Below are positions 51,685-63,293 of a DNA stretch of 64,000 nucleotides, piece by piece (position 1 is the first letter of the stretch; every line of letters starts with the position of its first letter). Source of the DNA: Hormiphora californensis. Its lineage: Eukaryota > Animalia > Ctenophora. The position numbers and the translations under genes were made by a program. Location: contig CM035352.1 in assembly GCA_020137815.1 (NCBI GenBank), positions 1,178,001-1,242,000 on the forward strand. The letters are read 5' to 3'. Below the pieces are notes generated by a model that was not told the origin of the DNA, searched no databases, and saw only the letters and a list, made by a program, of their open reading frames with translations.

Positions 51685-53098
51685 ATGACACTAGCATCAG
51701 ACCTCACCGACAAGGAACTGAGGGAGGCCCTCAAAGCCAACGGGAAAACCCCCGGCCCCATTACCGCCACAACCCGGGATTTATACGAGAAGCAGCTGAT
51801 AAATATTTTGAACGGAGAAGGAGGGAAGTCCGCTGAGCCGACATCGTCTGCAACCAAAAAACAACGCCGCCAAACATTTGATTCCCTTCGCCGAACAGAA
51901 AAACCAAAGGTCGATACGAGACCTCGACCACGGTCAGAAAGGATCATTCCGCCACGCTCTATCCTCCCACTAACTCTATCCGACTCAGATACCGAGTTAC
52001 CTGACCTCAGTTTAACTCCGGAACCACTTGACCTGCCGTCCCCTCCGAAGAAAGAAGCGAACCCACCCCAATCACTGGTATTCACAACACGATCCCCCAA
52101 ACCAACACGAAGACCCGCTACAAAATCATCCAGAGATCAGGGGGAGAAACCAGATCCTACACTATTCAGCGATACAGAGGAAGACACAAAGAGAGTGGGA
52201 AGTAGAGCGAAGCAGCATAAACCCACCCCGGCCTCTAGTACCCTTCCAGTTATTGTTGGGGCTCTGGTAGTCGCAGCACTGGGGATATTTCTTGGATACA
52301 CCTTCCTGCCTCTTGCGGAGTCGGATCAGGGCATTGCTGAGCAGTGCCGGGGTCTCCCATTCAAGGTCAACACCACCCTTTGTGATGTGATTTGGAGGGA
52401 GTTATGGAGCAGTAAGGGCCACTGGGAGGCCGATGCAGGGCAGGTGATGTGTGGGGACAAGGCTGGATCCTTGTACCACCCTGCACCAATGGACACCCTC
52501 CGACGACAGCTCCTTGTCCACTGGAGGGACGATCTGAATCTGACCATCTCGATCCGGCGTGAGGGAACCGACATCATCCTAGACACAGAGACACAACTAA
52601 ACGAAGCAGACCTGTTGAACAAGCCCTTTTATTACAGCACGACCACCCCCACCATTCCATGGCTGTGTTTTACCGCCCGAATTGTTAGTAACTTTGCATA
52701 TTACATCCTCAGTACGGCGGTTGTCTTGGTGATGGCCCAGATAGCTCACAAAGTGTACCACTGGCGGAGAACGAAGGAGCGACAAGAAACGGGACAGATG
52801 TACGAGTTAATTGATCAGATCATAGAGGAGTTACAAAGAAATTACAGCAAATACCAGAGTGATCCGAAGAACCATGTTCCCTACGTTCCTATTCCACACG
52901 CCCGAGACCGACTGCTCCTACCCTCGGAACGGGCATCAATGAAGCACACGTGGGAAGCGGGCTGTTCAGTTTATAGCACAGCACGAGAGTAGGGTTCGGG
53001 TAGAGATGCGGCGAGTTCAGAACGAGGATTTCCCCGTGTGGTACTGGGTGGAGGCAGCGAAATCTCCAACCTCAATGGTGCCCCCACAAGCCAGATAG
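51685..53098 (+). CDS. LEM-domain inner nuclear membrane protein (LEM2/MAN1 type: LEM, 2 TM, MSC winged helix, no RRM), intronless
   Basis: LTDKELREALKANGKTPGPITATTRDLYEKQL; two hydrophobic helices; PYVPIPHARDRLL. After a +1 frameshift near 52952 it reads WKRAVQFIAQHESRVRVEMRRVQNEDFPVWYW to TAG 53096-53098. Confidence 0.88.
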
Positions 53099-53957
53099 CA
53101 CCTCGCCAGACTTCCTATATCCGAACATTGAACCACTCAAGGAAACGTGAGATCAGTGTGTGTGGACAGTTTTTGGGTGTGTGTGTGTGTGTGTGTGTCA
53201 GTGTGTCAGTGTGTAACTTATTTTATACACTGTGAGTATCATTTTTAATGTAATTTTCATCAAATAAATCTGTGGTATAACAGCTAACGAACCGTGGTGA
53301 GACAGAGAGAGGGAGAGAGAGAGAGAGAGAATGGAGATAGTGAGACAGAGAGAGAAAGAGAGACGTCAGTTGTCGACCGATATGGCTATTGCGTTGGAAG
53401 TACGTGGCAGATATAATGTTAATAAGGCAAACCGGAAGTGTTACATGGTGTTAATTAACCGCATGCAGTATTTAATGATAGTCCTTTGCAACGAGAACTA
53501 GGGAGAAAGTAAAACAGAGAGAGGGCGAGAGAGAAAGGGAGAGCAAGAGAGAACAAGAGAATGAGAGTGAGACCGGGAGAAATCAAATACTGCAGGAGCG
53601 AGAGGAGTGTGAGAGATTGATGGATGGCGATTAATCGGTAGATAAGGGTCTATCGATTAACAATGAGAGAAAGTTATGTTAATTAATTGTGGAAATACTA
53701 TGCTGTTATTGTTATAGAACATAATATTACATTTTCAACAACACTTGAAACTGGCTCCTATAACATTTATTATGATTCGTGGAGCCTATCATTATAGTTC
53801 CTCTAAAACTCCCTCCGTTTCTCCCTTTGTAACGGGCTGCACGAATCAATTGTCTCCATGTCCCCCTGCATTGTATCCCCAGAGTAACCCCCCTAACAGT
53901 ATCCCTAATCAGTTTGATACTTGACAGATCACACCCAGGATAATATCTGTTGGATAT

Positions 53958-56900
53958 CTACGTGGCGATGGCGGACATCTGGTTTTTAACCAGGGTGGAG
54001 AGCTCCGAATTATCAATTGGTAGAAGGTCTTCCTCCTCATCCTGCAGAATGTGAGTTATTGTTACCATGGTTACTCAACAAAGTTATTGGGGGGGGCTTG
54101 GTTTAGATTTGTAGGGGCTGAGTTTAGATTTGTAGATACAGCGAGTTATTGGGTCTGAGTTTAGATTTATTTTACTATTAGACTTAGATTTATTTTACCA
54201 TTATACTTTTTCATATTTATGTAGACCATAGCTGATAGCGCTGGTAAGCGCCCGGGGCCCAACCATCCTTCCCCAAACAAAAGTAAATAAAGGACAATTC
54301 TTACCGATTCGTAGTGGGTCTCCTTTGGCTCCAAAGACAGTTGAACTTCACTAACTTTAAGGTTTCCAAACTTCTTGGCTGTTCCAATAAACTTAGCCTC
54401 TCCTTCCCTGCAGTCAAATACCACTCGTCTAGTTGGTAGGGGTTCTAGGTTCAGGTCGGACGGGATATTTTGTAGATCATCTAGCAGATTCTTAACCTGG
54501 GTAATTGGTTTTATTGTGGCATATAAGACTGTCCTCTAGCTCTCTGCACCGGGCTTAGATATAGAGTCCGTTAGCACTACCGTTATTTTAAGTGGTGTCC
54601 AACAAAATTATAATTGATAAAGTACCTGAGCGCCAATTCCTGCAACTTCAGCGGGCGACCATTCATCAAAGACCTCTTTCAGCATGTACTGGCCACGAAT
54701 TGTAAAGTTAATCTCGTCCTCCAGAGAATGTATCTGCAGGGGGGGGGGGGGGGGTAATGAGTTGGAGAACTCTGTATTGAGAACTCTGTATTGATTTGTT
54801 TTGTGTGGCTCTGTGAGGGTTCGGTAGATCAATTGATTTGAACCCTGAAAACGGTAATTGTATGATAACGGGTGTGTTGTTGGTGTACCTGGTCAGCAAG
54901 GGTGCCCTGATTGACTTTCAGAAGTTTGTCAACATCCTGAAAGAGATCATGTTGTCTGTCTCGTATGCCTCGTGTTATTCCCATGAACCCTATGTTGAGA
55001 TCCCTCTTGCACCGCTGGAACATGATGTTCATGTCCTTGTCCACGTCCTCTGCAGGGAGGGTATTGTTTAGCATATTATAGGGTTGAGTTACTCAACAAA
55101 TATTATAGGGTTTGTTTTGTTCAAACCCTTTTTTTATTTTAGGGAGGTTCGAACAAGGCAAGGGAGGATTGATACATAACAGGATGGGTTATTAGGGGAG
55201 CACAGAGAGGTAGATGTGGGTTGGAGAGGGGGATGTGGGTTGGAGGGGGGGAAAGGAGTATATGGTTAACAGGGGAGGAGGGCAGCTGCTGTAGTGGTGT
55301 GATAATTGAGAAAGAACGATCAAACTAGGTTTACAAAATGTCTGCTTACTTGCGATTCCATAAATTTGTTTGATCCCGTACGTGTGAACCTCAACCTTCT
55401 TCATCAGGGGACCGATCTGGAAACAAGGGACAAGATCACAGAACTGTTTTCTTGAATCTTACATAGCTCACATTTCCCTTGCTCGACCCTGTTTCCCGCA
55501 CCCCGCCCGGGAAACAGGGTCTTCCCTCCTCTTTTAGTTTTACAAACTTAAAGGAGGGTTAGAACATAACAGGCTCGCATCATCCCCCTTCTTTGCCCAA
55601 AACACTCTGTTTCAGAACAAAACCAAGATGAATTCTCTAGGCTGATGAGAGTTGTAAGATTCACTAATTTCTTGTGGTAGACCCAAAAACTAATTTCCTA
55701 CTTACCCTGTCCTTGATTGTTTTCATGGTATCTCCAATTTCCTTCACATTATGTCCCTTGTGGTCGGTTATAGCGCACACCAGGCAGCACAGTGCATTGC
55801 ATGTCGCACACACCGCCTCCAGATAATTGTTGACGTGCTTACTACACATCTAAATAGGGTTATGTGGGTATCAGGAATCCACCAGACCTAGTAAACAACC
55901 AATCAGAACTCGTTATTTAGGTCACGTGACTGGTTATCAGCCAATCAGGGACCAATATTTCCTGATTCGGTCGGTTCCTGGTTATGTGGGTATCAGGGCC
56001 ATGATAATTGAAGGTAATGGGGCCTGGGGGGGGGGGGTTCAGGGAGATGGTAACTTCTCCACAAAAACATAGCCCCTTTCTCCTACTGCTCAGAATACAT
56101 GTACCGTGTGCGGCAAAAAAAATCCCCCCCTAGACCACCATAGTTGCCGATGTGGTGGAGAGCTGTAACTTGGCAGGGTTGCTCCACTATGTCTATCTTG
56201 ATCCTGACAGAAAAATCAGAGCTCTAGCTCAAAATTCATTTTCATGAACGGAATGAACATTGTCATTCATTCCAGGAAAAAATATTTTCCGGTTCAAAAT
56301 TTAACCAATTATGTTTGGCTATCGATTAGCTTTCCAATGTGACCAAGATCAGCTAAATTGGACAACCACAAGAGACACAGTGTCATGTTTCTTAAAGTTA
56401 GTCAGGTCATGTGATCTTCACTGAATCGTTGATCGTGTTCAGTATTACGAATTGGTCTAAGTGGTAGAGAATCACGTATCACATCTGCTAATGAGGGATG
56501 ACGATGCTGATTGGTCATCAGATCTGTAGCTCTTTGATAAATGTCCTCTTTCCTCGAATCACATCACCCTGTACAAGGTGGGCCACGGATTGTTGGTAAG
56601 GGTTAGCGAGTTGTCCCGTCAAAACGGTGATAGTTGCGAGAATAAAAATTATGGGAGCACTCTGGATCAATTTCTTGGTAACTTTTTCCATAATTTTTTG
56701 TCAAAAATTCGAAAATTCATTTTTCATTCCTTCATTCATTTCTCGTTCATTTATGATGTGAGCATCCTAATTTTCCATCATGGTGCTATTTTTCTTTGGC
56801 TTGAATTTATCTTTCCAATGAACACCATAAAAATTAAATTGAAGCACCAGGTCACGTTGCAGTTGAGAAAATGCTCATGCATGATTTTGGCTCTTCCTGC

Positions 56901-59411
56901 GACTTTCAATGAGCTGTATCACGGCTCCCTTTTGTTCAATCTTTTTCAAAATTTGGGTGAACATTGGATAAACAAAGATCTTTGCTCACAAGAAAAATCA
57001 AGGTCAAAACTCAAAGTTCATTTTTCATTTTTGGTAGTTCATTCCACTCATTCAGGAACTAACATCCCTAAAGTCATGAAAAGTTTTGGGTTTTGTTTGG
57101 CCTATGCTCTGCAATGCCAGAGAGGTGTAGTAGCGTGTTTCCGGGCTAGTTTTTGGGTGTCCATGTGATCATGATGATACCTGACACCTTATTTGGGCTA
57201 TAATTGAGAGATTTTCTCAAGTTGAAGCATGTGACTTTGGTTTTCTGTGATTGATATCGTGAAACAATGTTATGGGATCCCATAGCACCCCTAAAATGAT
57301 GATTAATTCAACAAAATGAGTTGATTTATGATCGAAATTGTTCGTTTAGTTGAGTTTGTCTTCGGTTTAAATCTTTTCAATAATAAATCAACTCATTTTG
57401 TTGAATTAATCATCATTTTAGGGGTGCTATGGGATCCCATAACATTGTCTCACGATATCAATCACAGAAAACCAAAGTCACATGCTTCAACTTGAGAAAA
57501 TCTCTCAATTATGGCCCAAATAAGGTGTCAGGTATCATCATGATCACATGGACACCCAAAAACTAGCCCGGAAACACGCTACTACACCTCTCTGGCATTG
57601 CAGAGCATAGGCCAAACAAAACCCAAAACTTTTCATGACTTTAGGGATGTTAGTTCCTGAATGAGTGGAATGAACTACCAAAAATGAAAAATGAACTTTG
57701 AGTTTTGACCTTGATTTTTCTTGTGAGCAAAGATCTTTGTTTATCCAATGTTCACCCAAATTTTGAAAAAGATTGAACAAAAGGGAGCCGTGATACAGCT
57801 CATTGAAAGTCGCAGGAAGAGCCAAAATCATGCATGAGCATTTTCTCAACTGCAACGTGACCTGGTGCTTCAATTTAATTTTTATGGTGTTCATTGGAAA
57901 GATAAATTCAAGCCAAAGAAAAATAGCACCATGATGGAAAATTAGGATGCTCACATCATAAATGAACGAGAAATGAATGAAGGAATGAAAAATGAATTTT
58001 CGAATTTTTGACAAAAAATTATGGAAAAAGTTACCAAGAAATTGATCCAGAGTGCTCCCATAATTTTTATTCTCGCAACTATCACCGTTTTGACGGGACA
58101 ACTCGCTAACCCTTACCAACAATCCGTGGCCCACCTTGTACAGGGTGATGTGATTCGAGGAAAGAGGACATTTATCAAAGAGCTACAGATCTGATGACCA
58201 ATCAGCATCGTCATCCCTCATTAGCAGATGTGATACGTGATTCTCTACCACTTAGACCAATTCGTAATACTGAACACGATCAACGATTCAGTGAAGATCA
58301 CATGACCTGACTAACTTTAAGAAACATGACACTGTGTCTCTTGTGGTTGTCCAATTTAGCTGATCTTGGTCACATTGGAAAGCTAATCGATAGCCAAACA
58401 TAATTGGTTAAATTTTGAACCGGAAAATATTTTTTCCTGGAATGAATGACAATGTTCATTCCGTTCATGAAAATGAATTTTGAGCTAGAGCTCTGATTTT
58501 TCTGTCAGGATCAAGATAGACATAGTGGAGCAACCCTGCCAAGTTACAGCTCTCCACCACATCGGCAACTATGGTGGTCTAGGGGGGGATTTTTTTTGCC
58601 GCACACGGTACATGTAAGGTAAAGGAAGGCTCTGATATAACCCTTGTAGTTGTAGAACAGGCGCGATGTGCCCAAACATATAACCCTTACCTGTGCACCA
58701 TTAGCCCTCAGTATCTTCTGGGGCTCCTGAAGTATCTCCCCGAAGGATACCACAGTGTGATGTTTAGTGGCTGCCACAATACTATGGAATTTGGCGTGTT
58801 CCAGGCAGTAGTTCTCCTGACACTCCAGACAGCGGGATGTAGCGGGGTCATCACAGCCGATACAGGGTACTACTTCCTTTCGGTGTGCCTCTACGATCTG
58901 GGGTGGTAATTAGTTAGATAACTAGTTAGTTAATGTATTAGTTAGTTAATCAATGGGGTTATCATAGCTGGGGACTCATATTGAAACTGTTTACAAATAA
59001 AGTGGGTCTATCATGACAAGTTCACCTTGAACACTTCCAGTATTTTGAGGCGTCCTGCGTTGGGTGGAAAGCAACAGACATGCCCCCCTGGTACTGCTAC
59101 CGTTCTATCACAAACTGGACAAAACATTTCCTCCGCTTTTCCATTTTTACCGGCTTGAGGGGGAGAGGGTGTTAGATAATAGATTTAAACGGAGTTTATC
59201 TAGTCAAATATGTTACATGCGCTCTGCCCTCCCACTGCTTACAATATTGACCCACCGCTGAGACAGACAGTATTGACTCACCAAAATCCCTCAGACAGCT
59301 GAGACAGCATGTATCACCGCAGGGCAGTTGATGTGGAGCATACTTCCCAAAATCAAAGACATGATCACACACGGTGCATGTAAGCCAGTCCTCTTTTAAC
59401 TTGAGCTCCAC
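53958..59411 (-). CDS. TRIM-like RING / B-box1 / B-box2 / coiled-coil protein; start not resolved
   Basis: LTCTVC..LPCGDTCCLSC (59411-), FCPVC exon (~59150-59027), CIGCDDPATSRCLECQENYCLEHAKFH (~58897-58691), MCSKH..CATCNALCCLVCAITDHKGH (55849-), coiled-coil exons, stop at 53958. Confidence 0.85.
55872..55980. mobile_element. 109-bp MITE CAGGAA..GGTTCCTG with 13-bp flanking direct repeat GTTATGTGGGTAT
   Basis: Direct repeats at 55859-55871 and 55981-55993; central GTCACGTGAC palindrome. Confidence 0.75.
56104..58608. mobile_element. 2.5-kb near-perfect palindromic foldback element (CCGTGTGCGG termini, TA target in TACATGTA)
   Basis: ~1225-bp arms with a ~53-bp spacer; mirror ORFs 56578-57168 and 57544-58134 are identical. 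Confidence 0.9.
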
Positions 59412-60991
59412 GGTCCTGTTGTCTGTGGACGACCGAACACGGTTGGAGGAAAGGAGGGAGGTTCCTCCCCCTCTTCCTCGGGTTTTTGGGTCTGGGGATA
59501 CCGGGGTTAGAGGCCCTCACTCTCTCACTCACTATGTGCAGCAGCTCAACTCAAGTTTCATTGCTGCGAGGCTGTGTAAGATATTGCTGACTCACCATGA
59601 TCTATTGACCTTCCGGGCTGTTTTTGAGAGATCGAACTTGGTTTTAGGGATGGCTGTTTTTGAGAGATAGAACTTGGTTTTAGGGATGGCTGTTTTTAGA
59701 GAGACAGCTTGGTTTTAGGGATGGCTGATTTTAGGGAAAAGATATATCGGTTTTTGGTTGATATGATGATTGGTCTCAGGTCTGATAAAAGGGCACTGGG
59801 CAATGGCAGAAGAACTAAGTTCTGAATGAAATACCCTAATTTCTGGAGGCGGCGTTTCATTTTCAATACATGCATTCTACTAGAGTCTTTGTACTCTGAG
59901 ATCTATCCCGTTTTGGCACACTATGACTCACTGGCTTACAATTGCCATATTCGCCTTTCCGGACAAATATGGCAATCGCCTGAGAGCTGTCTGGTGGAGC
60001 CGACCCGATCTGAGCGATTCAAACAGGGGCCTGGCGGCGCCAGACAGGAGAGGGGAAAGGGGGCTATTTGGCGACAAAAGGACTTGTTATACTCACCCCC
60101 TTTGGCATCATAAAACTCGTGTTGCGACATATTACAAAAGAAACGAGAGAGAGGGCAGAGCTAACCAGTAGTATCTTCGATTGAGTGTGAGTGTGATTGC
60201 ACGTTACCTAGCGTGCTTCACTAAGTCACGTGACTCAATGAGCTATAGTAGCAGGAGAGAGAAGAATATTTAGAAGAAGTAAAGGGGGTTCTTGGGCTAT
60301 TTAAATAGCCCATTAGCCCAAAAACCCTTTCCTTCTTCGAAAATAAATAGTATTTAGGCTAAATTAGGGGTTGAGTCGGATAGTTGCACATTTCCGGAAA
60401 TTGGGATACTCATGAGAGTAGGGCCGGGCTTATTCCGTTGCGACAAAGCGTTCAGATCAGGTCGGCGCCGCCAGACAGGTCTGGAACGGGATTTAGAACG
60501 GAAGCCCGATTCTCGATCAAATGAACTCAAAAGCGTTTTTCAGTTTGAACTTTGAAAACAAGCTTTTTACAGAAACACAATCACAAAATAAAACACCTGA
60601 TATTGATACCCTATTAGATAATGGAATTTGAGGCAAACGGTACAATGGACTTGTCTATTGTCCTGTCTGGCGGCGCCAACCCGATATGAGAATTTAAAAG
60701 GGGTCTGGGGCCGCCATACAGCTGTTGTCCAGATCTCTGTGGCGCTTTTCAGCGCAGGATTTCTAGCAGTTTGCCTGCAGTTGAACCACACGGCCAGCTT
60801 AGCGCGCACACACTGCAGACATTTGGGTACTTTCATATCAAGCAAGGTTGCGCGCGGTCCACGAACAGCAAACTACAGTTTTATAAAACTGTCACTGATT
60901 TGAATTGGTTGGCACAATTTGATTGACTGAACTTTTCACTCAAAACTTCTGACTTAACAAATATACAACTTCCCTAACCAACAACTGAAAC

Positions 60992-62366
60992 TTAGCTACT
61001 CTCAGTCCTGTGGAAATTAAAATGGAAATTGTTATTGTTTTCATCGTTTGACCCCAAAAGTTCGCATTTCGCAGCCACTGCCATTTCCTTTATTTTCGGC
61101 AGATAAGCTGCCTCTTGTTCCTTAGACAGCGGAGCAATGAATTTAATGTTCTCAACTAGTAGATTAGCATCATCTTTCAGCATGGTAGTAAGTCCAGGAG
61201 TCAGGTAGCTGACTTGGGAGGATGAGAGGTAGATGAGATCAAAAGAGGATTGATAGCACCCCTTCTTTTGCATTTGATCTACCGTTCCCAATGGTAGAAG
61301 TTTGATTTTCACGTTCCCACAAGCTGGTGCAATGAGATTTAACTTTGTAATATCCATGTCTACAACAGGAGCTGCTTCATCTTCCTCCTCTCTCCTCCTC
61401 CTCTTTGATTTCCTCCAAGGTTGCACCTTCTTTACCCGCCTCCTCCTTCTTAGTAGCTGCCTCAAATGTAAATCGGTCTGGTTTTGGTGGCTCAGTGTAT
61501 TTGTGTCCCGTGTTGATATGGTGAATAAGGGACATAACATTATACTCTGCTACTTCGCTAGCCGTTCTCACGTTGATACGGTTCCGTATCTAGAAGGGGT
61601 TAGAAGGGTTTAGTTGATAGATATTGGCACCTATATCAACAAAATATATTCATATATAATTTGCTCGAGTTATTTTCTCATCTTCTTACCTCATACATAG
61701 ACTTGAGAGGAGAAAAGATGCCATGTGAGAGGTAGGGAGAGCACACTATGTCTCCCCAATAACCCCTAGCAAAGCGCTTCTGCCCTCCGATCATTCGGAT
61801 AACACCACTCGACAGAGTCCTGTTGGGTATATCAAATACCCCATCTCTCACATCGTAACTTCGACCTGAACAAGGTCCGGTGAGATTAGTTGATTTTCAA
61901 TAACAATTATTATCAACAACAATTTGTAAATAATAGCAAGAATGCGTGTTGAGTGAGGTTGTCTAACACAAAACTCACCAGTTTCTCTCCAAGAGGCATA
62001 CTCCTTGAAATCTAACAAGGCTGCCCTCTCCTTTAGCTTTAAACTGAAATCCATATCAGAGACGTTCCTCCCCGCGTCATATCTTTCACCCAGATACGCT
62101 CTTACCCTCCCATCCCATAGCTTATCCATCTGAAGATTAGTCCGGTTATAAGTATCTTACTCTGATTTAGAAACATGAAACGTTTAACTAAATTACCACT
62201 ATTTAGTAATAAACTATCGCCTTACTGGGAAGATCGAGTCTTTCTCATTAGGTGCTGCCCAAAATTTGATGATTGATTCCATGAAATCCCTTTCCTTAAA
62301 CTTCAACAGTGATAAGTCAAGGGAGGGAAGTACTTTCTTTAGGTGATCCTCATCGGTCAGTAAACT
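60992..62366 (-). CDS. DNAAF3: Dynein axonemal assembly factor 3 (PF22), 3' exons; 5' exons beyond window
   Basis: LDLSLLKFKERDFMESIIKFW, LWDGRVRAYLGERYD, EYASWRETG, PNRTLSSG, RGYWGDIVCSPY, RTASEVAEYNV, FDLIYLSSS, LLVENIKF. Confidence 0.88.
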
Positions 62367-63236
62367 GAAAATGAAGTTGTTTGGTACAAGAATTCTTGCA
62401 TTATATTATGTATTATTAACGAGCTGATGATCTATTAATTTAGTGAATCGATTCTTTTTTGAAAACTTGCTCTTTTTCTTTGTTTTCATAACTAGCGCAC
62501 CCATTGGGTGCGCCTCAAGTAAGAGCTTTTTGATTACCCACCCGGCTTCGCCGGGTGGTTCTTTTCGTCCTTTCAAGGTCAATAACACGGTTGCCATGGC
62601 AACTGAATTGGTGACTATGGGGACTGGCCTGTTAAAATTCATTCAAAATATTAATAAACCTCCACTGGAACTTCCAAAAGTGTGAGCAACAGCTTTACAG
62701 CTTTCGTCATATGAAGTGTTTTATAAAGGAGCAGCATGTCGCTTAGATACCGCCTAACGAACGACTTCGACTTCGACGCGACATCTTCAAATTATAATAG
62801 AGATGCGGTCTTTCCCCGCTACAAATGGATGTAAAGTTGATGACTAGGCTTCAAAACTGGATTTCCTGATGAATTGCATAAACGAAGCATGAGATGAAAA
62901 GAGCAGCCTGTTGCTATGTGTATCGCGTAACGGACACTTTTTAGCCCCTAACATATACCCTGAATGATATTAGGTAGTGAATAAATCTTTATTTCTCCTT
63001 CCAGCCGGAAGAATTGATAGACGGGTATTTTATTTTAATTTAATAAATTATGAGTTGCAAAAGGTGCAAAACTAGAGGAATAGTAATCTAGCCGAAGGGG
63101 GGCACTCAACAAGGAAATATGGTGTCTGAGACACTGTCTAGTTCACTACGAGAAAGTGCAAGGAAGGTAAATAGACTACTAACTTTTGATACTTTTGATA
63201 CCTTGGATAAGTGTCCTGGCGCCAACAATCACAGGG

Positions 63237-63244
63237 TATAAATA
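63237..63244 (+). promoter_or_regulatory. Candidate TATA box (TATAAATA) of the PLAT gene
   Basis: 57 nt upstream of ATG 63294. Confidence 0.4.
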
Positions 63245-63293
63245 GAGACTCTCAGCACAACAGAATTACTTTGACTGACTGCAAGTTATTAAG

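Noticed and set aside
56578-58134. Two identical 196-aa ORFs on opposite strands
   Set aside because: Mirror images in palindrome arms; GTG start and no transposase or other recognisable motif.
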